Both the position numbers and the translations under genes were made by a program. A DNA stretch of 63,791 nucleotides, the filler included, from Chiloscyllium plagiosum (lineage: Eukaryota), in the NCBI RefSeq assembly GCF_004010195.1. It is 6 parts of 2 records of this genome, joined end to end, with 100 filler letters (N's around TTAATTAATTAA, not from the genome) between each part and the next. Parts side by side here need not be neighbours in the genome. Positions count along the whole stretch, not along the records: positions 41,062 to 51,961 come from NC_057712.1; positions 52,062 to 58,453 come from NC_057712.1; positions 58,554 to 62,029 come from NC_057712.1; positions 62,130 to 63,791 come from NC_057713.1; 2 more parts are not named here. One strand, written 5' to 3'. Below the pieces are notes generated by a model. It ran no database searches. It was given only the letters and a program-made list of their open reading frames with translations, and was not told where the DNA came from. Shown here one piece after another: positions 51,245-63,686 of this stretch (position 1 is its first letter; every line of letters starts with the position of its first letter).

Positions 51245-54200
51245 GACAATAGACAATAGGTGAAGGAGTAGGCCATTCTGCCCTTCAAGCCTGCACCACC
51301 ATTCATTATGATCATGGCTGATCATTCTCAATCAGTATTCTGTTCCTGCCTTATCTCCATAACCCTTGATTCCATTATCCTTGAGAGCTCTAACAACTCT
51401 TTCTTAAACGAATCCAGAGGCTGGGCCTCCACAGCCTTCTGAGGCAGTGCATCCCATACACCCACAACTCTCTGGGTGAAGATGTTTCTCCTCATCTCCT
51501 AACTGGCCCCCCCCTTATTTTGAAGCTGTGTCCTCTGGTTCGGGACTCACCCATCATCAGAAACATGTTTCCTGCCTCCAGAGTGTCCAATCCTTTCATA
51601 ATCTTATATGTCTCAATCAGATCCCCTCTCAGTCTTCTAAACTCAAGGGTATACAAGCCCAGTCGCTCCAATCTTTCATTGTAAGGTAATCCCGCCATTC
51701 CAGGAATTGACCTTGTGAACCTACGCTGCACTCCCTCAATAGCCAGAATGTCTTTCCTCAAATTTGGAGACTAGAACTGCACACAGTATTCCTGGTGCGG
51801 TCTCACCAGGGCCCTGTACAACTGCAGAAGAATCTCTTTGCTTCTATACTCAATTCCTCTTGTTATGAAGGCCAGCATGCTATTAGCTTTCTTCACTACC
51901 TGCTGTACCTGCATGCTTGCCTTCATTGACTGGTGTACAAGAACACCCAGATCTCTCTGTANNNNNNNNNNNNNNNNNNNNNNNNNNNNNNNNNNNNNNN
52001 NNNNNTTAATTAATTAANNNNNNNNNNNNNNNNNNNNNNNNNNNNNNNNNNNNNNNNNNNNCTTCATCACCTCCCCCACTCACCCATTGTACTCTATGCC
52101 ACTTTCTCCCCACCCCCACCCTCCTCTAGCTCATCTTTCCACGCTTCAGGGTCTCTGCCTTTATTCCTGATGAAGGGCTTTTGTTGATATTGCTGCTCCT
52201 TGGATGCTGCCTGAACTGCTGTGCTCTTCCAGCACCACTAATCCAGATTCTGGTTTCCAGCATCTGCAGTCATTGTTTTCACCTAATAAGTTTCTCAACC
52301 CCATTCTCCCACTTTCTCCCTGCAACCAATATTCCTCTTGATACTTCAGAACATCTGTATCTCAATCTTAAATATAATCAATGGCCTGGCCTCCACAGCC
52401 TTCTTTGGCAATGTATTCCATAGATTCACCACTCTCTGGCAGAAGAAGTTTCTCCTTATCTACATTCTATAAGGTCCTGCCTTCACTGTTAGGCTATGCC
52501 TTCAGGTCCTAGTCTCTACTACCAATGGGAACATTTTCCCAACATCTACTCTGTACAGGCCATTCAGAATTCTGTATGTTTTAATTAGATCCCCCCTCAT
52601 TGTTCTGAATTCCATTGAGTATAAACCCAGAGTCCTTAAATGTTCCTCATTTGTTAAGCTTTTCATTCCTGGGATTGTTCTTGTGAACGTCCTCTGAACA
52701 TGCTCCAAGGCCAGTACATCCTTCCTGAGATATGGGATCAAAACTGCACACAATATTCCAATAAGGTCTGACCAAAACCTTATAGAGCCTCAGAAGTACA
52801 TCCCTGCTTTTATATTCAAGTCCTCTCAAAATAAATGCCATCACTGTATTTGCCTTTCTAACTACTGACTCAACCTCCAAGTTTACCTTGAGAGAATCCT
52901 GAACTCGAACTCCCAAATCTCTTTGCACTTCAGACTCCTGAGTTTTCTCCCCAGTTAGAAAACAGTTCATGCCTCTATTCTTCCTACCAAAGTGCAAAGC
53001 CTCACACTTTCCCAAAACATCACTCTGTCTTCACAAAGTAAGTCACGAATAATGTACCAGAAATGATGGGGAACACTGTTTAGTGAGAGAAAGGAAACGA
53101 AGCAAATCTGTATTAGTAGAGAAATAATGTTGAAAATTTGATGGGATTGAAGGCTGATAAACCCCCAATAATCTACATCTCAACAGTACTTACAGAGTGG
53201 AAACAGTGGATGAAATGTGGTTATCTTCCAAGATTTTTTAGGGTCCAGAAAAGTTCCTATAGACTGGAGAGTAGTTCATGTAACCCCGTTATTTGAAAGA
53301 GGAGACAGAGAGAGAAAACGGGGAATTATAGACCAGTGAGTCTGACATCGGTAGTGGAGAATTTGCTGGAGTCTATTCTCAAGGATTTCATAGCAAAACA
53401 ATCAGGAAACAGTGATAAAATAAGGTAATAGCACGGATTTACAAAATGGAAATCATGCTTGACAAATTACTGACATTATTTGAGGATGCAACTCGTAAAG
53501 CTGATAGGGGCAGCCAGTGGATGTGATTTATTTGGACTTTCAGAAGGCCTTCAACAGAATCCTGTTTAAGAGATTATTGTATAAAATTAAAGTAATGGAT
53601 TGGGAGTAATGTATTGAGCTGGGTAGAAAATTTGTTCGCAGAGTAGGAATAAATCAGTCTTTTCTAAATGGCAGGCAGTGACTACGAAGGGTTTGCTACA
53701 AAGATTTCAACTATTCATCATCTATGTAAATGATTTAGATGTGGGATCTAAATGTAATATTCCAAAATTTGCAGATGACACAAGGCTAAGTGGAAGAGTG
53801 AACTGTGAAGAGGATGCAGAGATGTTGCAGTATGATTTGGACAGGCTGAGTGAGTGAGCCAATGCATGGCAGATCAAGTATAATGTGAATAAATGTGAGG
53901 TTACCCACTTTGGCAGCAAAAATAAGAAGACAGATTATTATTTGAATGGCTGTAAATTGAGAGATGGGAATGTGTAATGAAACTTGGATGTCCTCACGCA
54001 CCAGTCACAGGTACAACAGGCAGGAAAGAAGGCAAACTGCATGTTGGCCTTTATAACGAAAGGATGTGAGCACAGGAAAAAGGATGTCTTGCTGCAATTA
54101 TACAGGGCATTGGTGAAGCCGAATCTGGAACACTACGTGTAGCTTTAGTCTCCGTTTCGGAGGAAGGAAGTTCTTGCTGTAGACGAAGTGCAGCAAAGAT

Positions 54201-54645
54201 TTAACAAATTGATTCCTGAGAAGGCAAGAGGAGAGACTCAATCAGTTAGGATTATATTAAGTGGAATTTAGAAGAATGAGGAGGAATATCATAGAAACCT
54301 GTGAAGTTCTAACAGGACTAGCTAGCTTAGGTACAGGAAGGATATTCCCAATGGTGGTGGGTAGTCCAGAACGAAGGATCATAGTTTAAGGATGGGGTAA
54401 ACCTTTTAGAACTGTGATGAGGAGAAATTTCTTCATGCAGAGTGGTGATCCTATGGAATTCAGTACCATAAAAAGTGGTTGTGGCCAAAACATTGTGTTT
54501 CCAAGAAGGAGGTAAATATAGCTCTTGTTGCTAAAGAGATTAGTGCATTGACATCAATGATCAGCCACAATTGTAATAAATGGTGAAGTAGGCTTGAGGG
54601 ATCGAATGACCTATTCCTGTTCCTAATTTCTATGTTTCTATGTGT
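51245..54645. mobile_element. Cluster of CR1 fragments (51245-51961 minus, 52290-53015 minus, 53030-54645 plus)
   Basis: RRLRGDLIETYKIM, KCEALHFG..RDLGV, KFADDTRL motifs. Confidence 0.8.
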
Positions 54646-54664
54646 CCATAGGATTCAGTCCTGG

Positions 54665-54915
54665 CCAAATAACATTTGAATGGTGCTCAACAAAAAATAA
54701 AAACTAAAGCAGATAATGTAGCCAAAGTCCAAAATCTTACTTCTGGAGGCAAGGTCTTTGTATAATTACCGGTCTCTGGGGAAACATTAAGAACAAGGTT
54801 CACTTATCAAATCCAAAAGAAACTGAATGGTGTGAATTATGCAATGAATACTCCTGATAAGAAGAAAAATCAGTGTGTCATGTTAATATGTTAAACAGAT
54901 ATCATGAAAGGTAGG
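54665..54915 (+). mobile_element. Gypsy-type integrase C-terminal remnant
   Basis: Degenerate KVxVxLPVSGETLxxRF..YQIxKKLxxVNY.xNTPD.....CHVNMLxRYH pattern read by eye. Confidence 0.5.
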
Positions 54916-55319
54916 ATAGTCAGAAGTGCATTTATGGTCGTGAAAGACAGAAAGATAAAATAAAATATCAGAACAAATTGAGCAGGGATGAAATCCTAAA
55001 AGCAGAATGTAGGCAGCTAAGCAGCAGGATAGAAATTAGGATCTCAAAGTTACGAATTTCAGATTGCTATATGTGCCATATTCTAGTCAGAGTAGAAACA
55101 GCAGGGTATGCCAATTGAATACATGGCTGAAGAGATAGCGTGAGGGGGTCTGTTTCATAGAAATTATGAGCAATAGTAGGTCATTTAGCCATTTGAGCCT
55201 GCTCCCCATTCAAAAAGTTCATGCTTAATATGATACAGTCTACGCTTCCATCTACCCCTAATAACATTTCACTCCCTTGTTGGTCAGGAAATAATAAAGA
55301 GGATTGTTGAGGGCAGAGA

Positions 55320-56810
55320 TCTAAATGGACTTCAGTAAGACGTTTGTCAAGGTTCCTCAAGGGAGACTGGTTATGTTCTATGTTCTATGAACTAGCCATT
55401 TGAATACAAAACTGGCCCGAAGGTAGAAGACAGAGGAAGGTTGCTTTACAGACTAGAGGCCAATGACCTGTACCACAAGGATTGGTGCTGGGTCCACTAC
55501 TTTTCATCATTTATATAAATGATTTGCATGTTAACATAGAAGGTATCATTAGTAAGTTTGTAGAAGACACGGTGGGCGGCATGGTGGCACAGTGGTTAGC
55601 ACTGCTGCCTCACAGCGCTAGGGACCTGGATTCAATTCCCGCCTCAGGCAACTATCTGTGTGGAGTTTGCACATTCTCCCCGTGTCTGTGTGGGTTTCCT
55701 CCGAGTGCTCCGGTTTCCTCCCACAGTGCAAAAAATGTGCAGGTTAGGTGAATTGACCATGCTAAATTGCCCGTAGTGTTAGGTGAAGGGGTAAATGTAG
55801 GGGAATGGGTCTGGGTGGGTTGATCTTCGGAAGGTCAGTGTGGACTTGTTGGGCCGAAGGGCCTATTTCGCACTGTAAGTAATCTAATCTAATCTAAAAG
55901 ACACCAAATTTGGAAGTGTAGTGGATAGCGAAGAACATTACCTCAAAGTACAACGGGATCTAGATCAGATGGTCAAATGAGATGAGGAGTGGCAGATGGA
56001 GTTTAATTTAGATAAATGTGAGGTGCTGCATTTTGGAAAATCAAATCAGAGCAGGACTTATACACTTAATGGGAAGGTCCTGGGGAGTGTTGCTGAACAA
56101 AGACACCTTGGAGTGCAGGTTCATAGTTACTTGAAAGTAGAGTCGCAGATAGATGGGATAGTGAAGGCATTTGGTATGCTTTCCTTTATTGGTCAGAGCA
56201 TTGAGTATAGGAGTTGGGATGTTATTTTGCGGCTGTACAGGACATTGGTTGGGCCACTTTTGGAATATTGCATGCAATTCCAATTCCCTTCCTATCGGAA
56301 GGATGTTGTGAAACTTGAAAGGGTTCAGAAAAGATTTACAGGGATGTTGCAGGATTGGAGGATTTGAGCCACAGGGAGACATTGAGTAGGCTGGGGTGGT
56401 TTTCCATGGAGTGTCGGACCTTATGGAGGTTTATAAAATCATGAGGGCATGATAGGATAAACAGACAAGGTCTTTTCCCTGCGGTGGGGGGAGTCCAAAC
56501 TAGAGGATATAGGTTACGGGGGGAGTGGAAAGGTATAGTCACAGAGTCAAAAAGGGACCTAGGAGGCAACTTTTTCAGGCAGAGGGTGGTGCATGTATGA
56601 GATGAGCTGCTAGAGGAAGTGGTGGAGGCTGGTACTATTACAACATTTAAAAGACATCTGAATAGGTATATGAATAGGAAGGGTTTAGAGGGATATGGCC
56701 CAAGTGCTGGCAAATAGGACTAGATTAAGTTGGAATATCTGGTCGGCATGGACGAGTTGGACCAAAGGGTCTTTTTACATGCTGTACATCGCTATAATTC
56801 TATGACTCTA
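55320..56810 (+). mobile_element. CR1 RT/3' end hosting a SINE
   Basis: VLGPLLFIIYINDL, MEFNLDKCEVLHFG, gactct tail. Confidence 0.85.
55571..55897 (+). mobile_element. Full-length HE1/V-SINE-type SINE nested in a CR1 RT
   Basis: TSD AAGACAC at 55564-55570 and 55898-55904; splits the KFxDDTK motif of the host CR1. Confidence 0.87.
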
Positions 56811-57514
56811 AGAATCCTTCTACCCCTGCAGTTAAAATATTTAATGACCCTCCCTCTACTGCTCCTTTGGGTACAGGGTTCCAAAGACACACAAACTCTC
56901 TGAGGAAAAAAAAATCCTCATCCCTGCTTTAAAGGAAGACCGATCTTTTTTAAACTGCATCACCTAATTCTAGTCTCTGTCAAAAGAGTAAACATCTTTC
57001 CAAGCATCTCACTCCCTGAACATGCAGGAGTTCACCAGAATGGAGTCCTAGAATTTATTCTTCATCAATGACCTGAATCTATGTTAAGGGTAGAAGAGAG
57101 ATGTTTGCTGATGACCGAACAATGTTGTTCGGCAGCATTTCTGACTCCTCAGACAATTTGTACCAGGCAATGAGTATCTCAAACAAAAGGCAATTTAACC
57201 TCCACCTTTGACATTCAATAGCATTACAATCACTAAATCCCACAATAAGAACCTTCTCAGAGTCACCATCAACCAGAAACTGAATGGACCAGCCATATTA
57301 ATACTGCTCCGACAACAGCAGGTCAAAGGTTAGGAATTACACAGAGAGTAACACACCACCTGACTCCAGAGTGCCTATCACCATCTGCAAGGCACAAATC
57401 AAGAGTGTGATAAAACATAATTAGAATAGTTTGGTGGTTATTTTTAAAGAGCACCTGCGATAATGGGCTATAACTCTAACTTACCTTGAAGTATCCAGCT
57501 ATAGCAAAATAAAG

Positions 57515-58453
57515 CATAGAACATAGAACACTACAGTGGAGTACGGGCTCTTCAGCCCGTATGTTGCCCTTGATGTTGCACCAACCTATGAAACCAATCT
57601 GAACCCCATAGAACCTACACTATATCATTAGCATCCATATGTTTATCCAATGACCATTTAAATGTGCTTAAAGTTGGCAAGTCTACTACTGTTGCCCTTA
57701 CTACTCTCTGAGTGAAGAACCTAAGTCTGACTTCTGTCCTATATCTATCACTCCTCACTTTAAAGCTATATTCTCTTGTGTTAGCCATCATTATCTGAGG
57801 AAAAGGGCCCCACTCTACACCCTATCTCATCCTTTGATCATCTTGTATGTTTGTATTAGGTCATATCTTAATATTCTTCTCTGTAATGAAAGCAGCCTTA
57901 AGTCCTTCAGCCTTTCCTCACAAGACCTTCCCTCCATACCACGCAACATCCTGGCAAATCTCCTCTGCACCCTTTCCAATGCTTCCACATTGTTCCTATA
58001 ATATGGCGACCAGAACTGTATGCAATTTTCTAAGTGCAGGTTAGGAATAGGTTAGGAATAGGAAAGGTGAGGTCACCCTGTTAGGAGTTTTTTACAGGCC
58101 TCCTAATAGTCCTAGAAACGTAGAAGAAAGGATTGCGAGGATGATTCAAGAGAAGAGTGAAAGTAATAGGGTGGTTGTTATGGGGGACTTTAACTTTCCT
58201 GATATTGATTGGGAAAGCTATAGCTCAAGTTCGTTAGATGGGTCAGTGTTTGTCCAATGTGTGCAGGAGGGTTTCCTGACACAATATGTAGATAGGCCAA
58301 CAAGAGGTGAGGCCATACTGGATTTGGTTCTGGGTAACGAACCAGGCCAGGTGTTAGAATTAGAGGTAGGTGAGCACTTTGGGGACAGTGACCACAATTC
58401 GATGACTTTTACTCTAGTGATGGAGAGGGATAAATGTGCACTACAGGGCAAGA
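57515..58453. mobile_element. CR1 3' end (minus) followed by a CR1 endonuclease fragment (plus, 58040-58453)
   Basis: VVVMGDFNFPDIDW...RGEAILDLVLGN...GDSDH. Confidence 0.82.
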
Positions 58454-58553
58454 NNNNNNNNNNNNNNNNNNNNNNNNNNNNNNNNNNNNNNNNNNNNTTA
58501 ATTAATTAANNNNNNNNNNNNNNNNNNNNNNNNNNNNNNNNNNNNNNNNNNNN

Positions 58554-58745
58554 ATCCCGACAGTCCCACAGACACAGCCCGACACTCCCACACACACACC
58601 CCGACCCTCCCACTCACACACCCTGACACACCCACACACACACACACACACAAACACACCCCGACCCTCCCACACACACAGACACAAACCCTGACACTCC
58701 CACAAACAGACACAAACCCTGACACTCCTACACACACAAACACCA
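58554..58745 (+). repeat. CA-rich degenerate tandem repeat
   Basis: Interleaved (ca)n and ccctgacactccc/cccgaccctccc units. Confidence 0.85.
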
Positions 58746-59041
58746 CATGCTGGTAATTCAACTACCATCGTTTGGCAGGAGGTCTGCTCAGAAATTTGGA
58801 TTTCTTTTGGTGATGATTTAATTAATTACAAAATGGTTTCCTTTGAAAACACTGAAGTATTGTCTTTGAATCCGGGTTCAGCTTAAAAGCAGTAGCTGAT
58901 TTCTATATTTTTGTCCATCTTTATGAAAATGTCTCAGGAATACTTGGTGAATTTCCGCTCAACAATTTGGAACTGTTTGACAGCTGAACACGGCAGCAGC
59001 TGACAGCTGCATCGAGGTTGTCGGCGTTAATTTGAATGTAT

Positions 59042-60367
59042 TTAATCGAGCAGAGTGCCCTGCTCCTGGGCCCTTGTTAAACTGTCCTTACGCAACAAAT
59101 GATGGACACCCATCCTTTTGGGGCTCCTCTGTTGCCGTCCTGCTGATGCCACCGATGGTTTATTCCCAATCTCTTCCAGTTCATCCAGCACGGTGGACTG
59201 GCTGCCATGAAGTAATCTCTCTCTCTCTTCCAGTGAGCCACTTGCAGGGACAGTATCCCCGTACTCGAGCTGCTTGTGGAAGGGACTGGCTTGGAGGCTC
59301 ATTTGATTGCTACCTCCAGGTTGCAGTAGTTTCTCCTGTTCCTCAGGAGAGAATTCACTGCCATAATCCAGGAGGTTTCCTTTGTGCACTCTGGAATCTG
59401 TGCTGTCTGTGTCTAGGCTGGAATCACGACTTATTGTGCAGCTGTAGCTGTGGCTGGATTCCTCTCCGTCAGAATGAGCCCGGTGCCTCTCTGACACGTT
59501 CATCTTGCTGGCCAGGTTATTCTGAAACTCCTGGATCATCTCACTGCTCAAAGAGGTTCGGTAGGCAATCAGCCTTTCAGGAGAAGGGGCAACCTTTTCC
59601 ACAAACATCCTCTGCCAATTTGCAAGCAGATCCTCTTCTGAACTTGTTGAGCTGGTAAATGAACTTGAAATTTGAGGTGGGCTATTGAAAGGACTGGACT
59701 GGGCAGACGTAAGCTCACTTTCTGGTCCTCTGGATGTGCCTGAACTTGGACCGTGATACTGCCCACTATCTATCTGCCATGCCCTCCTCCTATCACCCAA
59801 TGGGCTACTCGCTGGATTTCTCCAACGATCTAGCCTCTCCTCCCCTCCCTGGACCAGCCTGAGTGATATGGCCTGTCTGGTAGCATACGTGCAGTTTGCT
59901 AAGGGACTATCCTTTGGTATTTTCACCTTATCATCAGAAGAGAATTCAATGACAGCTTTACGTCCAGGGAAAAGATTCTGAGGTGGAGTGGGATATGGGT
60001 CAAGTCTCTCAAAGGTGGCTGTTACAGCTGGTGCCCTGTCGGTGCTAATCGGCTGCTTGCACATGCCGTTTGGAGGCTTCTCTCCTGCCATTTCCAGCCG
60101 ATCCCCCTCTTTCCCGGAAGTCTTCACACCATTAGCCTCACAGCTCATATCCACATGAACAAAGACATCTTCTGCCAGGGGCTCACTGCCACTGCTGGAC
60201 TTGGCAGAGTTGAGAACCAGTGGCTCCGGTTTCTCCAAAACCCGGGCAATGACCGAAGCAGGCACCACATCAGACGAGCCAAGAGCTGAGCTTGGCTCCT
60301 GCCCTGACTCCACTTGTTCGGTAGACTCCAGATGCTTGCTGACCATCTCCTGCAGGACGAAGGGAAG
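59042..60367 (-). CDS. TJAP1: Tight junction-associated protein 1 (PILT), terminal coding exon
   Basis: 441 codons plus stop after acceptor tttgcag|CTTCCC. Contains motifs I recognise from vertebrate TJAP1: VIARVLEKPE, LAEDVFVHVDM, NCTYATRQAISL, SSEEDLLANWQR, RSPKRMGVHHLLRKDSLTRAQEQG. The first 20 aa of the ORF-track protein are intronic. Confidence 0.93.
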   Translation of the reverse strand, partial: LPFVLQEMVSKHLESTEQVESGQEPSSALGSSDVVPASVIARVLEKPEPLVLNSAKSSSGSEPLAEDVFVHVDMSCEANGVKTSGKEGDRLEMAGEKPPNGMCKQPISTDRAPAVTATFERLDPYPTPPQNLFPGRKAVIEFSSDDKVKIPKDSPLANCTYATRQAISLRLVQGGEERLDRWRNPASSPLGDRRRAWQIDSGQYHGPSSGTSRGPESELTSAQSSPFNSPPQISSSFTSSTSSEEDLLANWQRMFVEKVAPSPERLIAYRTSLSSEMIQEFQNNLASKMNVSERHRAHSDGEESSHSYSCTISRDSSLDTDSTDSRVHKGNLLDYGSEFSPEEQEKLLQPGGSNQMSLQASPFHKQLEYGDTVPASGSLEERERLLHGSQSTVLDELEEIGNKPSVASAGRQQRSPKRMGVHHLLRKDSLTRAQEQGTLLD

Positions 60368-61201
60368 CTGCAAAGGAAACAGATTCACTGTCTCAGGGAG
60401 GGGGAGACAGCTCCACATACTTCCCACAGACAGGAAGCAGATAACAAAAGCACAAACATGGTAACACCGACTGGGATGACACTATATAATACACTGTGCA
60501 CTTTAGCCCTCAGATATGGAGTCATTTTGCTGATTCAAAACTAAATAATTTGTCTCTTTTTATGAGTTTCCATATCTAATAAACTGAGATTGAAACAATC
60601 TCAGCTGGAACCCATGATGGTGAATCCTGATGGCAGTAACCCAGCCCGGGAAAAGATTGACAGATAAGGCTGACAGATGAGGCCCGAAGGAAGCACAACG
60701 GGATTTCAAGGAGAGATGGGAGTGTGCTGCTGGGGGACAGATTCATTTTACACTCTTTAATGTCAGTGTTCAAATACACACTGTTCTTCCACAGACACTA
60801 CTCGATTGAGCAGGAGTTCACAGACGGGGGGAGGGCGACACCGTGCTGTACCGGGGGGGGGAAACGTAACACTGTGCTACCATTTGTTACCACACACAAA
60901 CCATGGGCCCTTCTACGGTGACAAATGGACCCGCTCAGCGATCAATTCAACAAGCTCATCCCCCAGCTCAGTGAGAAGCCTTCTCCAGAACTATTGTTGC
61001 TGTCAGGGTGCGAACTCTAAGGTGGCTGCCCGTTCACAAAGGCCAGGAAGGTTTTAATTGGCAATGTGATGCTCTTGGCCAGCAGTGTGCCATCAGCTGT
61101 GCCCCTCGATGGTAATGGTAGTGTGCCAACCTCGGGCTGAACCAGTGGCACGCTCCCGGCTGCCCGGCAGCAGCTTCTCTCCGTCTCACCCACACACTTA
61201 C

Positions 61202-61285
61202 CTCTGCAAACTTGTGGTTTCGGAAATGCGATTTGTTGCACTTTAACAGCTGCACCGCGAGGTTACAATCCTGGCGATAACGCTC
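61202..61285 (-). CDS. TJAP1: TJAP1 penultimate coding exon (84 bp)
   Basis: ccctgcag|GAG...GAG|gtaagt; encodes ERYRQDCNLAVQLLKCNKSHFRNHKFAE; phase 0, splices in frame to LPFVLQEM of the last exon. Confidence 0.93.
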
Positions 61286-61428
61286 CTGCAGGGCAACAAA
61301 CACCAGACACGGTCCAGCTCACGGTGAAGGGGCAGGCAGAGCATTATGGTGCAATCCCACCACCCCAACACCAGGCACACCACGCAGGAGACCCACAGAC
61401 CAAACCAGCAGCACACCCCCCAGGGGGC

Positions 61429-62029
61429 AGGGGAGGGGAGTTACCCTGGGCGGGGGCCAGGGGGAGGGGAGTTACACTGGGCGTGGGCCAGGGGGAGGGG
61501 AGTTACACTGGGCGTGGGCCAGGGGGAGGGGAGTTACACTGGGCGTGGGCCAGGGGGAGGGGAGTTACACTGGGCGTGGGCCAGGGGGAGGGGAGTTACA
61601 CTGGGCGTGGGCCAGGGGGAGGGGAGTTACACTGGGCGTGGGCCAGGGGGAGGGGAGTTACACTGGGCGTGGGCCAGGGGGAGGGGAGTTACACTGGGCG
61701 TGGGCCAGGGGGAGGGGAGTTACACTGGGCGTGGGCCAGGGGGAGGGGAGTTACACTGGGCGTGGGCCAGGGGGAGGGGAGTTACACTGGGCGTGGGCCA
61801 GGGGGAGGGGAGTTACACTGGGCGTGGGCCAGGGGGAGGGGAGTTACACTGGGCGTGGGCCAGGGGGAGGGGAGTTACACTGGGCGTGGGCCAGGGGGAG
61901 GGGAGTTACACTGGGCGTGGGCCAGGGGGAGGGGAGTTACACTGGGCGTGGGCCAGGGGGAGGGGAGTTACACTGGGCGTGGGCCAGGGGGAGGGGAGTT
62001 ACCCTGGGCGTGGGCCAGGGGGAGGGGAG
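61429..62029 (+). repeat. 31-bp G-rich minisatellite, at least 19 copies
   Basis: Unit GTTACACTGGGCGTGGGCCAGGGGGAGGGGA, almost invariant; truncated by the contig linker. Confidence 0.97.
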
Positions 62030-62129
62030 NNNNNNNNNNNNNNNNNNNNNNNNNNNNNNNNNNNNNNNNNNNNTTAATTAATTAANNNNNNNNNNNNNNN
62101 NNNNNNNNNNNNNNNNNNNNNNNNNNNNN

Positions 62130-62385
62130 CTCTTTTTCTTTGATAGATTTCCTGACTTCCTTTGTCAGCCATGGCTGTCTAATCCCTCCCCGGATAATCT
62201 TTCTCTTCTTGGGGATGAACCTCTGTACAGTGTCCTCAATTTTACCCACAAACCCCTGCCATTTTTGCTCTACTGTCTTCCCTGCTAGGCTCTGCTTCCA
62301 GTCTATTTTCATCAGTTCCTCTCTCATGCCCTCATATTTACCTTTATTCAACTGTAACACCAGTTCCTCGGAACTCTCTTGCTAC
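62130..62385 (-). mobile_element. CR1 ORF2 fragment
   Basis: KGKYEGMREEL..IDW...QRFIPKK...QPWLTKEV. Confidence 0.75.
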
Positions 62386-63373
62386 TGATTATTGATCTCC
62401 CCTTGTCTCATAACTCATGATGTTGCCATTTTCAACTCTCCTTTTCCTATTCTGATCCTTTCATCTTATATTGTTTATCTCTCCATTTCCAGTCCCTAGA
62501 ATGTTTAAGTGGTGTGTTGGTACTAATGCAATTTGCCTGTTATATGTGGTAGATAATAGATGATAAGACAAAAATGTTCACATTTCACATGGTGAGAGTT
62601 TCACAAAGTGAAAGCCTTTCCTTATTGTTAAGTGTTGCAGCCAGAATCTCATCACTCAGGTTTTTTTCAGCAAGATGCAAATAGCTGATTTAAAATTTGT
62701 CTTTGCCTGAAATCAGCAGGGATTTTTAAATCAGTAATTTCAAAATAAATATTTCTTGAACCGGTCAAAGTATTCGCTGTGCTGAATGCATCAAAAACAG
62801 TCCATTCTAAAAGGCTCCTATGGAGATAGAAAATGATTAGTGTCGCAAGTTCCATGCATGTGACTACCTCTGAAAATATGGATGGTATAAAGGCTGAGGT
62901 TTGTACTAATCTTATTTGACAGTCTTCTGTCTCTTATTACAGATCCCTCACTTTTCTCTGATGCATCTCCCCATCTATTATTATGCAGCCCTCTTCTTTT
63001 CTAATACTTAATTCTCCATGTCCTTGCTTATCTCTAATTATACATCCTTTCCACAGGCACTTCCTAGTAGATCGCCCAGGGGTTACTCTTGGTACCCTTG
63101 CTTTTCCTGATTTATATTAGTGATCCACATCTTGGAAAGCAATGCACAATTTCATAGTTCATGGACAATACAATACTTGGAAGCATTATAAACTGAGAGG
63201 AGGAAATGTTGAGGACTTCAAGAAGACATTGCAAAGTTGGTGGCGTGGTCAGATGAAGTTCAGTGCAGAGAAGTACAATGTGGTATGTTTTGATGGAAAT
63301 ATTATTTTGGGAAGACTATGGTTTTTTAAAATTTTCCTGTGCTTTTAATTGTGGTCTGAAATGAGTAAAGAAC

Positions 63374-63686
63374 TTAGAACATTACAGCGCAGTACAGGCC
63401 CTTCGGCCCTCGATGTTGCGCCGCCCTGTTTTACTAATCTGAAGCCCATCTATCTACACTATTCCATTTACATCCATATGCCTGTCCAATGAAGACTTAA
63501 ATGAACTTAAACTTGGCGAATCTACTACCATTGCAGGCAATGCATTCCATATCCTTACTACTCTCTGAGTAAAGAAACTACCTCTGACATCTGTTTTATA
63601 CCTATTTCCCCTCACTTTAAAGTTGTGTCCCCTCATGTTTGCCTTCCCCATGCTTGGAAAAAGGCTCTCCCTGTCCACCCTATCTA
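63374..63686 (-). mobile_element. CR1 3' end
   Basis: RGHNFKV..RY..DVRGSFFTQRVV..WNALP. Confidence 0.8.

Noticed and set aside
55571..55650. tRNA gene-like A/B boxes
   Set aside because: SINE head; no full cloverleaf, and it continues into the SINE body.
58817..58822. ATTAAA (minus) as the TJAP1 polyadenylation signal
   Set aside because: Plausible but unverifiable; AT-rich context, and the contig ends ~260 bp further on.
60368..60427. N-terminus MGSMWSCLPLPETVNLFPLQ of the 461-aa ORF
   Set aside because: Intronic pyrimidine tract and acceptor; the real frame enters at 60367 from the 84-bp exon.
61429..62029. CRISPR-like array
   Set aside because: Head-to-tail repeats with no unique spacers, no cas genes, vertebrate context.
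61324..62085. Long Gly-rich repetitive ORFs in all three plus frames
   Set aside because: Translation of a stop-free 31-bp minisatellite within a TJAP1 intron; not a gene.
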